A stretch of 64,000 nucleotides of DNA from an uncultured Anaeroplasmataceae bacterium (GCA_910579215.1 CAJTTN010000006.1:57376-121375); one strand, 5' to 3'. Counted from the first letter of the stretch, positions 35,895 through 46,205 are shown. Numbers and translations: made by a program. Notes: generated from the letters alone by a model not told the origin.

Positions 35895-36932
35895 ATGGAT
35901 ATGAATTATATTAGAGATATTGCTATGCAGTTGTTTCTTTGTGATTCTCCAACAGGATATAGTAAAGAGATTAATTTACTTTTACTAAAATTTCTTAATG
36001 AGCTTGGCTATCAAGCAGAATTAACTAATAAAGGAAATGTTAAACTATTCATAGAAGGAAGGAGTCATGAAAAGCGAATTGCCACTAGTGCTCATGTAGA
36101 TACCTTAGGTTTAATGGTACGTTCTATAAATGGAGATGGGACTCTAGCTATTACTAATGTTGGAGGACCTAGTATTCCAACATTAGATGGAGAATATTGT
36201 AAAATAGTAACCAGAGAAGGAAAAGTATTTACAGGAACAATTTTATGTAATAGTTCCTCTGTGCATGTGTATGAGGATGCAAAAAATAAGCCTAGAACGT
36301 TAGATTCTATGTTTATTAGAATAGATGAAAAAGTGCATTCTAAAGAGGATGTTAAAATTCTTGGAATTGAGCATGGAGATTATGTATGTATAGATCCTAA
36401 AATAGTTTTTACAGAGCAAGGCTTTTTAAAAAGTCGTTTTATTGATGATAAGGGAAGTGTATGTGCTATTTTAGGTGTATTAAAGGAACTTAAGGATAAG
36501 AGTATTTTACCTACCTATGATACCTATGTTTATTTTGTTAACCAAGAAGAAGTTGGACATGGGGCAGCAGCTGTTGATATAAGCATTGATGAATTTGTTA
36601 CAGTTGACATGGGATGTATTGGTAAGGATTTAGCCGGAAATGAATTTAATGTATCTATTTGTGCAAAGGATTCAGGAGGTCCCTATAGCTATGAATTAAC
36701 CTCAAAATTGATAAGCCTAGCTAAGGAGAATCATATTGGGTATGTAGTGGATATTTTTCCTTTCTACGGCTCTGATATTGGAGCTGCATGGAGAAGTGGA
36801 GTAGATTGTGCAGGCGCATTAATTGGACCTGGTGTGCATGCTAGTCATGGAATGGAACGTACACATTTAGATGCTATTGAAAATACAATGAAACTATTAT
36901 TTTTATATTTAACTACAAAAGGAGAAGCGTAA
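35895..36932 (+). CDS. M42-family aminopeptidase (glutamyl aminopeptidase/FrvX-like)
   Basis: TSAHVDTLGLMV and downstream metal-ligand regions (D..G, EEVG.GA) are typical of M42 peptidases. Confidence 0.8.
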   Translation: MDMNYIRDIAMQLFLCDSPTGYSKEINLLLLKFLNELGYQAELTNKGNVKLFIEGRSHEKRIATSAHVDTLGLMVRSINGDGTLAITNVGGPSIPTLDGEYCKIVTREGKVFTGTILCNSSSVHVYEDAKNKPRTLDSMFIRIDEKVHSKEDVKILGIEHGDYVCIDPKIVFTEQGFLKSRFIDDKGSVCAILGVLKELKDKSILPTYDTYVYFVNQEEVGHGAAAVDISIDEFVTVDMGCIGKDLAGNEFNVSICAKDSGGPYSYELTSKLISLAKENHIGYVVDIFPFYGSDIGAAWRSGVDCAGALIGPGVHASHGMERTHLDAIENTMKLLFLYLTTKGEA

Positions 36933-37756
36933 TGAAACGAGTATTAACAATTCAAGATATTTCTTGTGTGGGACAATGTTCCTTAACAGTTGCCCTTCCT
37001 ATCATTTCATCCTTTGGTATTGAAACTGCGGTAATTCCTACGGCAGTTCTATCAACACATACTGCCTTTACAGGGTTCACGTTTGCTGATTTAACAGAAG
37101 AACTACCAAAGATAGAAAAGCATTGGGAAAAGGAAAAGATAAAATTTGATGGCTTTTATACGGGCTATATTGGTTCAATCCGACAAATTGAGTATATCAT
37201 TTCCATTATGAAACATTTAGGAAATGACAAAGCTTTAAAGGTTGTTGATCCATGCATGGCGGATCATGGAAAGCTTTATACTGGATTTTCTAAGGATTTT
37301 CCAAACTATATGCTTGCTCTATGCAAGGAGGCAGATGTCATTCTTCCTAACCTTACAGAACTATGCTTATTACTAGACCTACCTTACAAGGAATACTCAA
37401 AATTGGAGCTTGAGGGTATGGTAAAACAAATTAGTACTATCACAGGAGCCTCTGTCGTATTAACTGGAGTGAGCTTTAAGGAAGATGAATTAGGAGCAAT
37501 GACCTATGATAAAACAAAAGATGAATTAAGCTATTTTTTTACAGAACGAGTTCCAATGCTTTTTCATGGTACTGGGGATTGTTTTGCAAGTGCCTTTTTT
37601 GGAGCTGTACTCAAAGGGTACACCTTTGCAAAAGCGGCTGAAGTTGCTTGTACATTTACATATTTGTCTGTTAAAAATACTAGAGAGGATGCAAAGGAAC
37701 ATTGGTATGGTGTGCATTTTGAATCAGCTTTAGGCTATCTCAATAGTTTAACTTAA
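36932..37756 (+). CDS. pdxK: Pyridoxal/pyridoxine/pyridoxamine kinase (PdxK/PdxY, ribokinase fold)
   Basis: ISCVGQCSL..., VVDPCMADHGKLY, C-terminal HGTGDCFASAF anion-hole motif. Confidence 0.75.
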   Translation: MKRVLTIQDISCVGQCSLTVALPIISSFGIETAVIPTAVLSTHTAFTGFTFADLTEELPKIEKHWEKEKIKFDGFYTGYIGSIRQIEYIISIMKHLGNDKALKVVDPCMADHGKLYTGFSKDFPNYMLALCKEADVILPNLTELCLLLDLPYKEYSKLELEGMVKQISTITGASVVLTGVSFKEDELGAMTYDKTKDELSYFFTERVPMLFHGTGDCFASAFFGAVLKGYTFAKAAEVACTFTYLSVKNTREDAKEHWYGVHFESALGYLNSLT

Positions 37757-37866
37757 AATTATCGATTTTTATTGGGAAATTATTTATAATTTCCTTTTTT
37801 TATTGTATAATAGATTTAGCATTATAATTATATATAATTTTAAAAAAGGAAAAGAGGTTGATTTTT

Positions 37867-39381
37867 ATGGAATTCCCAATACTTATTACAATTATAGTAG
37901 TGGCAGTAGTAATTTTTTTAGTGATTCTTTTCGCTTTATCTTATGTTAAGGCAGGTCCTGATACGGCAATTATGGTAACAGGAGCAGGAAAAAAGAAAAT
38001 TTTAATTGGTAAGGCGGGCTTTAGAATACCCTTTTTTCAAAGAACCGATTCCCTTTCTTTAAAAGCCTTTCAAGTAGATATTAAAACAGAGGAAGCCATT
38101 CCAACTAAGGAATTTATAAACATTAATGTAGATGGTGTAGCTAATTTAAAAATATCTTCTGATACGGAGATGCTAGAAAAGGCATTTGAATCTATTTTAA
38201 ATATGGCTGAATCTGAGCTTCAAAATCAGCTCCAGCAGGTATTGCAGGGAAACATGCGTGAAATTGTTGGTACAGTTGAAATTAAAGAGCTAGTAAGAGA
38301 TCGTCAAGGAGTTGCAAATAAGGTTAAGGAAAATGTTGTACCTGATATGGCTAAGCTTGGAATAGAGGTTGTAAACTTCAATATACAGTCCTTTTCAGAT
38401 GATAATAAGGTTATTGAAAATCTAGGTATAGATAATATTAGTCAAATTTCTAAGGATGCCTCAATAGCTAGAGCGAATGCTGAGCGAGATGTAGCTATTG
38501 CCTCAAGTGCAGCAAGTGAAGCAGCTAATAAAGCTAAAGTAGAATCTCAAATGAAGATTGTGCAGCAAAATACAGATTATGAGCTTCAGGCTGCAGCATT
38601 GAAGCAAAAATCAGATACGGCAAAGGCTGTTGCAGATGCTGCCTATGATATTGAAAAGCAGAAGCGTTTAGAACAGATTAATGTTGCCGAGGTGAACGCA
38701 AATATTGCTAAACGCGAAAGAGAAGTTGAGCTTGGAAATCGTGAAGTTGAATTAAAGGAAAAGAAGCTTCAGGCTGAGGTAAATAAGGTAGCAGATTCAA
38801 AAAAATATGCTGACCAAATGGCTGCAGAAGCGGATTTATTCACGCGTCAAAAGGCTGCAGAAGCAAAGAAATATGAATTAGAACAAGAAGCAGAAATGCA
38901 AAAGATAAAAGCAGAAGCAGATAAAATTGCAAGACAAAAATCAGCAGAGGCTTTTAAGATTCAAGCAGATTTAGAGGCTGCAGCGCAAATTGCGAGAGCA
39001 AACGCAGCTAAAGAAGCAGCTTTAGCTGAAGCCCAGGGAATAGAGGCTAAGGGTAAAGCAGAAGCGGATGCAATACGTGCTAAAGCAGAGGCTATGAAAC
39101 AATATGGAGAAGCTGCAACCTTACAGTTAATTTTAGATTCAGGTGTACTTCCTGAAATGGTTAAGGCTTATGCAGAACCAGTGGCTAGTGCAATGAGTAA
39201 GATAGATAGTATTACTATGTATGGAGAAGGAAATACAGCTAAGCTTACGGAGGAGATATCTAAAAATGGAACCCAAATTTTTGCAGGACTTGAAAAGGCA
39301 ACAGGACTAGATATAAAATCCTTACTTGCAGGTTTTTTGGGTGGTAAGCTGATAGAAAAAAGCAAATCTGACAAAGAATAA
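37867..39381 (+). CDS. Flotillin (FloT/YuaG-like SPFH protein with long Ala/Glu/Lys coiled coil)
   Basis: N-terminal TM helix, SPFH domain, ~250-aa AEA/KAE-rich coiled coil. ~500 aa, as B. subtilis FloT. ATG 37867 after AAGAGG. Confidence 0.8.
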   Translation: MEFPILITIIVVAVVIFLVILFALSYVKAGPDTAIMVTGAGKKKILIGKAGFRIPFFQRTDSLSLKAFQVDIKTEEAIPTKEFININVDGVANLKISSDTEMLEKAFESILNMAESELQNQLQQVLQGNMREIVGTVEIKELVRDRQGVANKVKENVVPDMAKLGIEVVNFNIQSFSDDNKVIENLGIDNISQISKDASIARANAERDVAIASSAASEAANKAKVESQMKIVQQNTDYELQAAALKQKSDTAKAVADAAYDIEKQKRLEQINVAEVNANIAKREREVELGNREVELKEKKLQAEVNKVADSKKYADQMAAEADLFTRQKAAEAKKYELEQEAEMQKIKAEADKIARQKSAEAFKIQADLEAAAQIARANAAKEAALAEAQGIEAKGKAEADAIRAKAEAMKQYGEAATLQLILDSGVLPEMVKAYAEPVASAMSKIDSITMYGEGNTAKLTEEISKNGTQIFAGLEKATGLDIKSLLAGFLGGKLIEKSKSDKE

Positions 39382-39454
39382 AATCAGTTGAGGAAGCCAT
39401 AACGCTTCCTTTTTGTTCCTTTAACGAGTATAGGTATTTATTATTAAGGAAAGG

Positions 39455-40549
39455 ATGAAGAATATGTTAAAATCGTTGATTTTGGAAAATGAAAATAAAA
39501 TAGAAACCTTTGATATCTCCTATTATGAGGCACAAAGGAATCATCCTGTAATGGCAGCTATTTCTGCCCTTGAGACAACCAATGAAATTCAAAAGTGCTA
39601 TTTTGATTTAGAGGACTCTAGTTTGGACTTTAATGCTTTAAAATTGTATGCCTTACTTCAAAGCCTATTTGTCTCTGTTGACTCCTTATATGCTTTATCC
39701 ATCTCCTTGACTAAGTCTAAAAATTTAATCAATATAAATAGAAATCCTGTATTAAGAGAATTAAAATACATAAGAAATGATGTGGTTGGACATCCTGCAA
39801 ACAGGATGTTTAATTCTACAACCTTGGCATATTGCATTTTAGATATAGAGAGTATAAATAAATATGAATTCTCATATAATATTTTTTCTGGACAAGGAAT
39901 AGAAAGAAAAAAAATAAATCTTACAGAGCTTGTAGAAAACTATTATATAGAATGTAATAGCTTTTTAGAGGAACTTCATCGTGTAGAAGTTAAAGAAAGA
40001 CAAACCTCAAATTTTTCTAAATTATCCTTGGAGGCATTAAATCTTTTTGATATGAGAGGAGATTACTATGCTTGCTTAGCTAAATTGAAAAAGTTATATT
40101 TAAAACATTATCCAACAGCGACGCCAAGTCAGCATAGGTTTTTATGGAGAATGGAGCTGATTGATGAGCTTAGAGACTTTTCCTACCAAGATTTTGATAT
40201 TCAGGATTTAAAAGAGTATGCCATAGGGCTGGAAATAATAAAAATATATCAGTCCTTTTCGGGGAAGGAATATTCTGTATTTTTAGGTAGACGAAAGCCA
40301 TCGCTAATCTCAGAATTTTACCGTTTTTTAAAGAAAAATAAAAAAAGCTTACCATTGATTGATAAAATTAATGATATAAAGCAGCCCTTATTAAAGGATT
40401 CCTTAAATCAGCTATTTCAATTAGCAAAAGAAAAGAATGCCCATGGGGTTATAAAGTATTTAAATTTTTTGAAAACATTATATGATAATAAGGAAGCTAC
40501 CTTATTATATGCCTTTGCTTTGCCACTCAAAGATTATAAAAATAAGTAA
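39455..40549 (+). CDS. Hypothetical protein with possible HEPN/Abi-like (AbiD/AbiF-type) R-x5-H motif
   Basis: 364 aa, helical. LRELKYIRNDVVGHP contains R-N-x4-G-H (Rx5H), resembling the Abi_2/HEPN catalytic motif. Size matches AbiD/AbiF (~340-370 aa). A single gene with its own SD, inserted between core genes floT and typA. Confidence 0.5.
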   Translation: MKNMLKSLILENENKIETFDISYYEAQRNHPVMAAISALETTNEIQKCYFDLEDSSLDFNALKLYALLQSLFVSVDSLYALSISLTKSKNLININRNPVLRELKYIRNDVVGHPANRMFNSTTLAYCILDIESINKYEFSYNIFSGQGIERKKINLTELVENYYIECNSFLEELHRVEVKERQTSNFSKLSLEALNLFDMRGDYYACLAKLKKLYLKHYPTATPSQHRFLWRMELIDELRDFSYQDFDIQDLKEYAIGLEIIKIYQSFSGKEYSVFLGRRKPSLISEFYRFLKKNKKSLPLIDKINDIKQPLLKDSLNQLFQLAKEKNAHGVIKYLNFLKTLYDNKEATLLYAFALPLKDYKNK

Positions 40550-40613
40550 GATTTCTATAGATATATGCTTTATTTTGGTGTATAATTAGGTTTGTTTTGT
40601 TGGAGGTTATTTT

Positions 40614-42446
40614 ATGGATATAAGAAATATTGCAATTATAGCACACGTTGACCACGGAAAAACCACTTTAGTAGATAAGCTTTTGAGAAGCTCACACACC
40701 TTTAGAGATAATCAAGTGGTAGAAGAACGTGTAATGGATTCTAATGCTTTAGAGAAAGAGCGAGGAATTACCATTCTAGCAAAAAACACGGCAATTACCT
40801 ATAAGAATACAAAGATAAATATTTTAGATACTCCAGGACATGCTGATTTTTCTGGGGAAGTTGAACGAATCATGAAGATGGTTGATGGTGTTGTCTTAGT
40901 TGTAGATGCATATGAGGGGACTATGCCACAAACTAGATTTGTTCTAAAAAAAGCCTTTGAAGAACATTTAAAGCCTATTGTAGTTATTAACAAGGTGGAT
41001 AAACCCTCTGCTAGACCACTTGAGGTTATTGATGAGGTCTTAGAGCTATTTATAGATTTGGGATGTGATGTGGAAGAATTAGATTTTCCTGTTTGTTATG
41101 CCTCAGCAGTTAATAATACCTGTTCCTTATCCAGTGATTTGGCAACACAGACTAATGGGATGGAGCCATTGCTAGATATGATTATAAAATATATCCCTGC
41201 TCCTAATATGGATAAGGAAGCTCCTTTACAGCTCCAGCCTGCATTATTAGATTATACAGATTTTGTTGGACGTATAGGAATTGGTAGAATAGCTAGAGGA
41301 ACGATTCATACGGGAGAGGTTGTTTCATGTTGTCGTGTAGATGGCTCCATTAAATCCTTTCGCGTACAAAAGCTTTATGGATTTTTAGGGTTGGACCGTA
41401 TAGAAATCAAAGAAGCATCTGCTGGAGAAATAGTTGCTGTCTCTGGCTTGGGAGACATTTCTGTAGGAGAAACGATTTGTACGTTAGGGCAAGAAGAACC
41501 ACTAGAAAAAATACACATTTCTGAACCAACTGTACAAATGACCTTTGGAACAAATACCTCTCCTTTTTGTGGAAAAGATGGGAAAAATGTGACTGCAACC
41601 AAAATTGAAGAACGCCTTTTTCGTGAGGTTCAAAAGGATGTTTCCTTAAGAGTGAAACGTCTTGAGGCTTTAGAGGAATGGTTAGTATCTGGTAGGGGAG
41701 AGCTTCATTTAGGGATTTTAATAGAAACTATGAGAAGAGAGGGCTATGAGTTTCAGGTATCTAGACCACAGGTTATAATGAAAGAAATTGATGGAGTTCT
41801 TTGTGAACCTTATGAATATTGTGTGATAGATGTTCCTAATGAATCCGCAGGAGCTATCATTGAAATGATGGGAAATCGTCATGGAACTATGGAAACCATG
41901 AGTAATACAGAAACACAGACGAGATTGATTTATAAAATGCCGTCACGTGGATTGATAGGTTTTAATACAAATTTTATGACCTTGACAAAAGGCTATGGAA
42001 TAATCAATCATAGCTTTCTAGAGTATAGACCTGTTGAGTCTATTAATATTGCAGAACGACCTACAGGAGTTTTAGTATCTATGGCACAGGGACAATCTAC
42101 GGCCTATTCTATTGGGGCATTGGAGGATAGAGGCTCTATGTTTATTGCTCCAGGAGAAGAAATTTATGAAGGTATGATAGTTGGAGAGGCAAATAAGCCC
42201 CTAGATCTTGCTGTTAATGTTGTAAGAGCAAAACAGCAAACAAATACACGCTCCTCAAACAAGGATATGACAGTTGTATTGAAAACACCAAGAGTTCTTA
42301 CCCTAGAAGCATGCTTAGAGTTTATTAATGAAGATGAGCTTGTGGAAATCACACCTAAAAAAATAAGATTACGTAAAAAGATTTTAGATACGGTAGAACG
42401 CAAGAAATATGATGCGAAAATGAGAGCTTCTAAGGAAGAAAGTTAA
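40614..42446 (+). CDS. typA: Translational GTPase TypA/BipA
   Basis: NIAIIAHVDHGKTTLVD, DTPGHADF, NKVDK G-motifs plus EF-G-like C-terminal domains. Confidence 0.95.
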   Translation: MDIRNIAIIAHVDHGKTTLVDKLLRSSHTFRDNQVVEERVMDSNALEKERGITILAKNTAITYKNTKINILDTPGHADFSGEVERIMKMVDGVVLVVDAYEGTMPQTRFVLKKAFEEHLKPIVVINKVDKPSARPLEVIDEVLELFIDLGCDVEELDFPVCYASAVNNTCSLSSDLATQTNGMEPLLDMIIKYIPAPNMDKEAPLQLQPALLDYTDFVGRIGIGRIARGTIHTGEVVSCCRVDGSIKSFRVQKLYGFLGLDRIEIKEASAGEIVAVSGLGDISVGETICTLGQEEPLEKIHISEPTVQMTFGTNTSPFCGKDGKNVTATKIEERLFREVQKDVSLRVKRLEALEEWLVSGRGELHLGILIETMRREGYEFQVSRPQVIMKEIDGVLCEPYEYCVIDVPNESAGAIIEMMGNRHGTMETMSNTETQTRLIYKMPSRGLIGFNTNFMTLTKGYGIINHSFLEYRPVESINIAERPTGVLVSMAQGQSTAYSIGALEDRGSMFIAPGEEIYEGMIVGEANKPLDLAVNVVRAKQQTNTRSSNKDMTVVLKTPRVLTLEACLEFINEDELVEITPKKIRLRKKILDTVERKKYDAKMRASKEES

Positions 42447-42501
42447 ATTTTTCTTGTAATACATAAGAGTTTGATGTAGAATAGAATTGGAGGGAAAGGC
42501 T

Positions 42502-42831
42502 ATGGAAAAGAGAGACATTATAGTTGTAATTTTGTTAGGTCTATTTACCTGTGGTATCTATTCCATTTATTGGTTCTATGTAAATGCTGAAGCTTTAAAT
42601 AAAGAAGTAGAGGATGACGAGCCATTAATGAATTATATACTAGCTGTTCTATTAGGAATGGTAACTTGTGGCATCTTTATGCTATATTGGTTATATAAAT
42701 TCTATCTTAAAGTGGATAAATATACAGGTGAAAATAATGCCATTTTAAATTTCTTGCTAGGTATTATTGCTACACCTATTGTTGGAATGGCTATCGCACA
42801 AAATTCAATTAACAAAAAATTAGAAAATTAA
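42502..42831 (+). CDS. DUF4234-like small membrane protein with internal duplication
   Basis: Two copies of the L(L/G).(F/V)TCGI(Y/F)..YW(F/L)Y motif (LLGLFTCGIYSIYWFY and LLGMVTCGIFMLYWLY). Confidence 0.5.
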   Translation: MEKRDIIVVILLGLFTCGIYSIYWFYVNAEALNKEVEDDEPLMNYILAVLLGMVTCGIFMLYWLYKFYLKVDKYTGENNAILNFLLGIIATPIVGMAIAQNSINKKLEN

Positions 42832-42898
42832 AAAAAATTCACTTGCTTGGTTTGGCAAGTGAATTTGTTTCTTTTTGGGGAAAGGAGGAGGTAAGGGT

Positions 42899-43330
42899 AT
42901 GAAAAAACCTTTATTAAACATAATGAGTTTTATTAGTAGATTTAATATTCCAATCTGTTTATTTGGACTTTATGTATTCCTTACACGTGCAATGGAAATT
43001 CAAAATTGTGTTATTAAGTGGATAATAGGATACCCTTGTCCAGGCTGTGGCATGACAAGAGCAGTCTTTTCCCTAATCCAATTTGATTTTATTCAAGCTT
43101 TTAGATATAACCCCTTTGTCTATCTTTTACCCTTTCTTTTTCTTGGTATAGCCTTTCAGCACATAGACTTTGTAAAAAAAATCATTTCAAACAAATGGTT
43201 GGCCATTGGTATAGCTTCCTTGATTTTAATTGCTTATATTTTACGTTTTGTATATATCTATCCTGCTCCCCCTATGGATTTTTATGAGCATAACTTACTT
43301 TCTTATATTTTAAAACTGTTTAGTTCTTAA
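42899..43330 (+). CDS. DUF2752-like membrane protein
   Basis: CPGCGMTRA motif characteristic of the DUF2752 family. ATG 42899 after AGGAGG. Confidence 0.55.
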   Translation: MKKPLLNIMSFISRFNIPICLFGLYVFLTRAMEIQNCVIKWIIGYPCPGCGMTRAVFSLIQFDFIQAFRYNPFVYLLPFLFLGIAFQHIDFVKKIISNKWLAIGIASLILIAYILRFVYIYPAPPMDFYEHNLLSYILKLFSS

Positions 43331-43336
43331 TGTATT

Positions 43337-43368
43337 AAAACAGCCTGAATTTTTTCAGGCATTTTTTT
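43337..43368. terminator. Bidirectional rho-independent terminator shared by the convergent DUF2752 gene and pepT
   Basis: gcctgaa-ttttt-tcaggc hairpin flanked by A4 and T8. The pepT stop codon lies within the stem. Confidence 0.6.
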
Positions 43369-44572
43369 CTATTTTAGCAATTTCTATTAAAATTTTTGTA
43401 ACTAGTTCCATTTCTTCTAAACAAGCAAACTCATAAGGACCATGACAATTATATCCGCCTGTTCCTAGATTGGGAGTTGGAAGTCCCATAAAGGTTAATC
43501 TTGCACCATCTGTTCCTCCACGAATAGGAGAAGTAGTAGGAGCAAGATTTAATCTTTCCATTGCCCTTTTTGCTTGTTCTACACAAACGGGATGCTTAGT
43601 TATAATATCAGACATATTTTTATAAGAATCTTTTATTGTTACAGATATTGTAGTTTTTCCATATTTTTGATTTAAATAGACTTCTGCCTCTTTTAAAAGT
43701 TTTTTCTTGGTTTCTAATAAGGATTTATTATGATCTCTTATAATATAGTGTAATGTAGCTTCCCCAACAGCTCCCTCTATATTTGTTAGATGGATGAAAC
43801 CTTCATAGCCTTCTGTATATTCAGGCTTTTGTTCCTTAGGGAGCATGGAGGCAAATTCCATTGCTATTTCGCTTGCATTTTTCATTTGATTTTTTGCGGA
43901 ACCAGGATGAATATCTAAGCCTTTTATTTTGACAGTTGCCGAAGCTGCATTAAAGTTTTCATAATTTATATCATGATATGCTCCTCCATCTACTGTATAA
44001 GCATAGGAGCAAGGAAATTTGGATAGATCAAAATGCTCAATTCCACTCCCTATTTCCTCATCAGGTGTAAAGGCTACATGAATTTCAGCATGGGGAGCTT
44101 CTGTAGTGGTATAATACCAAAGCATAGTCATTATACACGCAATTCCAGCCTTATCATCAGCTCCAAGAACAGTGGTTCCATCTGTAGTGATTAAAGTTTT
44201 CCCCTTTAATGTCTTTAAAACAGGAAATTGCCTTGGGTTTAATTCAATAGAGTTTAAGGAAATTGTTTTTCCATCATAATCGTTAATTACCTGTGGATTA
44301 ACATTTGTGCCACTGAAGTCAGGGATTGTATCCATATGAGCAATAAAGCCTATGGCGTCACTAGTGTCCTTCGTATTTGCAGGTAGTGTAGCATAAACAA
44401 AGCAATCCTTAGATAGGTAGACATCCTTTAGTCCTAGCTCTTTTAGTTCTTCACATAAAATTTCTGCCAATTGAAATTGCTTTTCTGTGGAGGGAGTTTT
44501 TGCTATACTATCATCTGACATAGTATCTATTTTTACATATTTTAAAAAATTATGGAGTAATTTAGTTTTCAT
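43355..44572 (-). CDS. pepT: Peptidase T (tripeptide aminopeptidase, M20B)
   Basis: MKTKLLHNFLKYVKIDTMSDDS... N-terminus, HMDT, DDKAG and GGTDG motifs. Confidence 0.9.
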   Translation of the reverse strand: MKTKLLHNFLKYVKIDTMSDDSIAKTPSTEKQFQLAEILCEELKELGLKDVYLSKDCFVYATLPANTKDTSDAIGFIAHMDTIPDFSGTNVNPQVINDYDGKTISLNSIELNPRQFPVLKTLKGKTLITTDGTTVLGADDKAGIACIMTMLWYYTTTEAPHAEIHVAFTPDEEIGSGIEHFDLSKFPCSYAYTVDGGAYHDINYENFNAASATVKIKGLDIHPGSAKNQMKNASEIAMEFASMLPKEQKPEYTEGYEGFIHLTNIEGAVGEATLHYIIRDHNKSLLETKKKLLKEAEVYLNQKYGKTTISVTIKDSYKNMSDIITKHPVCVEQAKRAMERLNLAPTTSPIRGGTDGARLTFMGLPTPNLGTGGYNCHGPYEFACLEEMELVTKILIEIAKIEKNA

Positions 44573-44724
44573 AAACGTTCCGCCTTTCTATAAGATATTA
44601 TAACGCAATCCTTTAAAATTTTCACTAAATCATGGTAAATTTAACCAAAAAATAAGAAAATTCTTGCCTGTTTACAATTTCTGCGTTATAATCTATATGT
44701 AGAAAAGTTTGAAAGGAGTCTCTG

Positions 44725-44922
44725 ATGAAGGGTAAAGTTAAATGGTTTAATGCTGAAAAAGGCTACGGCTTCATTGTATCTGAAGAAGGCAAAGAAGTTT
44801 TTGTTCACTTTAGTTCAATCTGTGCTGATGGTTATAAAACATTAAATGAAGGCGAAGAAGTTACCTTTGACGTAGTTGAAGGTGAAAAGGGTCAGTTAGC
44901 AAAGGAAGTTTATAAAGCTTAG
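44725..44922 (+). CDS. Cold-shock protein (CspA family)
   Basis: [19 protein letters not shown]1 and VFVHF RNP2. Confidence 0.95.
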   Translation: MKGKVKWFNAEKGYGFIVSEEGKEVFVHFSSICADGYKTLNEGEEVTFDVVEGEKGQLAKEVYKA

Positions 44923-44929
44923 TCATCCT

Positions 44930-44961
44930 AAGGAGATTTTAGTATCTCCTTTTCTTTTTTC
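44930..44961 (+). terminator. Rho-independent terminator after csp
   Basis: aaggagat...atctcctt hairpin plus T-run. Confidence 0.6.
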
Positions 44962-44985
44962 TTCATATTATATATTGGTGATAAA

Positions 44986-45861
44986 ATGTTAAAAGGAAGT
45001 ATTGTTGCTCTTATAACTCCTTTTACTGAGCAAAATGAAATAAATTATGATGAGCTTTCAAAGTTATTAGACCATCATATTGAAAATAAAACAGATGGAA
45101 TTTTATTGTTGGGAACTACTGCAGAGGCTGAAAGTCTTTCAGATGAAGAAAAGGTTTCTTTAGTTTCTTTTTCTTTAAATTATTTGAATGGAAGAATCCC
45201 TGTCATGATAGGGATTATTTCTAATCATCCAAAAAAAGTGGTAGAATTAGCTAAACTTTTTGAAAATTTTGAGTTTGATAGTTATCTTGTGAGTGCTCCT
45301 TTTTATATTAAAGGCAATACAGAGGGTATCCTTGGGCATTTTCGTTATATAGCTGATCATGTTGATAAGCCGATTGTCTTATACAATGTTCCTAAAAGAA
45401 CTGGTATGGAGATTCCATATGAGGTTGTAAGAATTTTATCTTATCATCCTAATATAATTGGAATTAAGGAAGCTTCTGGTGACATAAGCTATCAAACGAA
45501 AATCGCTTCTCTATGTAAAGAGGGATTTGTACTATATGGGGGAGATGACATGACAATGCTTGCCTCTTTAGCCTTAGGTGCTCAGGGTATGATTTCTGTT
45601 ATAGCAAATGCATATCCAAAAGAGGTTAAGCTTATTTTAGATTCCTTTTTAAAAAATATAGAAATTTCTCGTCTAGTCTTTCATAGACTTTTAATTTTAA
45701 CAGAGGATATCTTTAAGGAGACATCTCCTATCCCTGTAAAATATCTTCTTTATTTACAAGGCTTTCAAACAAAAAAGCTTAGACTACCTTTAGCAGAAGC
45801 CTCCATCCAATTAAGAAGAAAGCTTGAAGAGGATTATTTGCTTTATCAAGAGGAAGAATAA
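44986..45861 (+). CDS. dapA: 4-hydroxy-tetrahydrodipicolinate synthase family (DapA/NAL-family lyase)
   Basis: IVALITPF, GILLLGTTAEAESLS, YNVPKRTG. The Schiff-base Lys region is present. Confidence 0.8.
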   Translation: MLKGSIVALITPFTEQNEINYDELSKLLDHHIENKTDGILLLGTTAEAESLSDEEKVSLVSFSLNYLNGRIPVMIGIISNHPKKVVELAKLFENFEFDSYLVSAPFYIKGNTEGILGHFRYIADHVDKPIVLYNVPKRTGMEIPYEVVRILSYHPNIIGIKEASGDISYQTKIASLCKEGFVLYGGDDMTMLASLALGAQGMISVIANAYPKEVKLILDSFLKNIEISRLVFHRLLILTEDIFKETSPIPVKYLLYLQGFQTKKLRLPLAEASIQLRRKLEEDYLLYQEEE

Positions 45862-45887
45862 TAATAACTATATAATGTATACTTTTT

Positions 45888-45920
45888 GTGATAAGATGCT
45901 TTATTTTATCACATTTTTTA
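45888..45920 (+). terminator. Rho-independent terminator after dapA
   Basis: gtgataa...ttatcac hairpin plus T-run. Confidence 0.5.
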
Positions 45921-46205
45921 TTATGAAAAAGAAAGAATAAATGTGTTAAAATTTAGAAGAAAAAATTATAAAGTTTATAATAAAATAATTTGTTTAATTT
46001 CTCTTCTAAATAAAGAAATAGTGCTTTACTAAGTAAAAAAGAGTGTAGCATAAAGTAGAAAATTGTAAAACGTTTTTAATTATGATAAAAAAGTTACAAA
46101 AAAACAAAAAAAATTGGTTAGTTCGTTGGTTATTAGTTGATAAATCATATTAAAAAGATTATAATAGAGACGTATGAAAATATTTTATCTCATTAGGAGG
46201 AAATT

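Noticed and set aside
43355-43357. pepT stop codon lying inside the terminator hairpin stem, which might indicate a mis-called gene end
   Set aside because: The C-terminus reads through conserved M20 motifs to a natural TGA. A stop overlapping the terminator stem is common in compact genomes.
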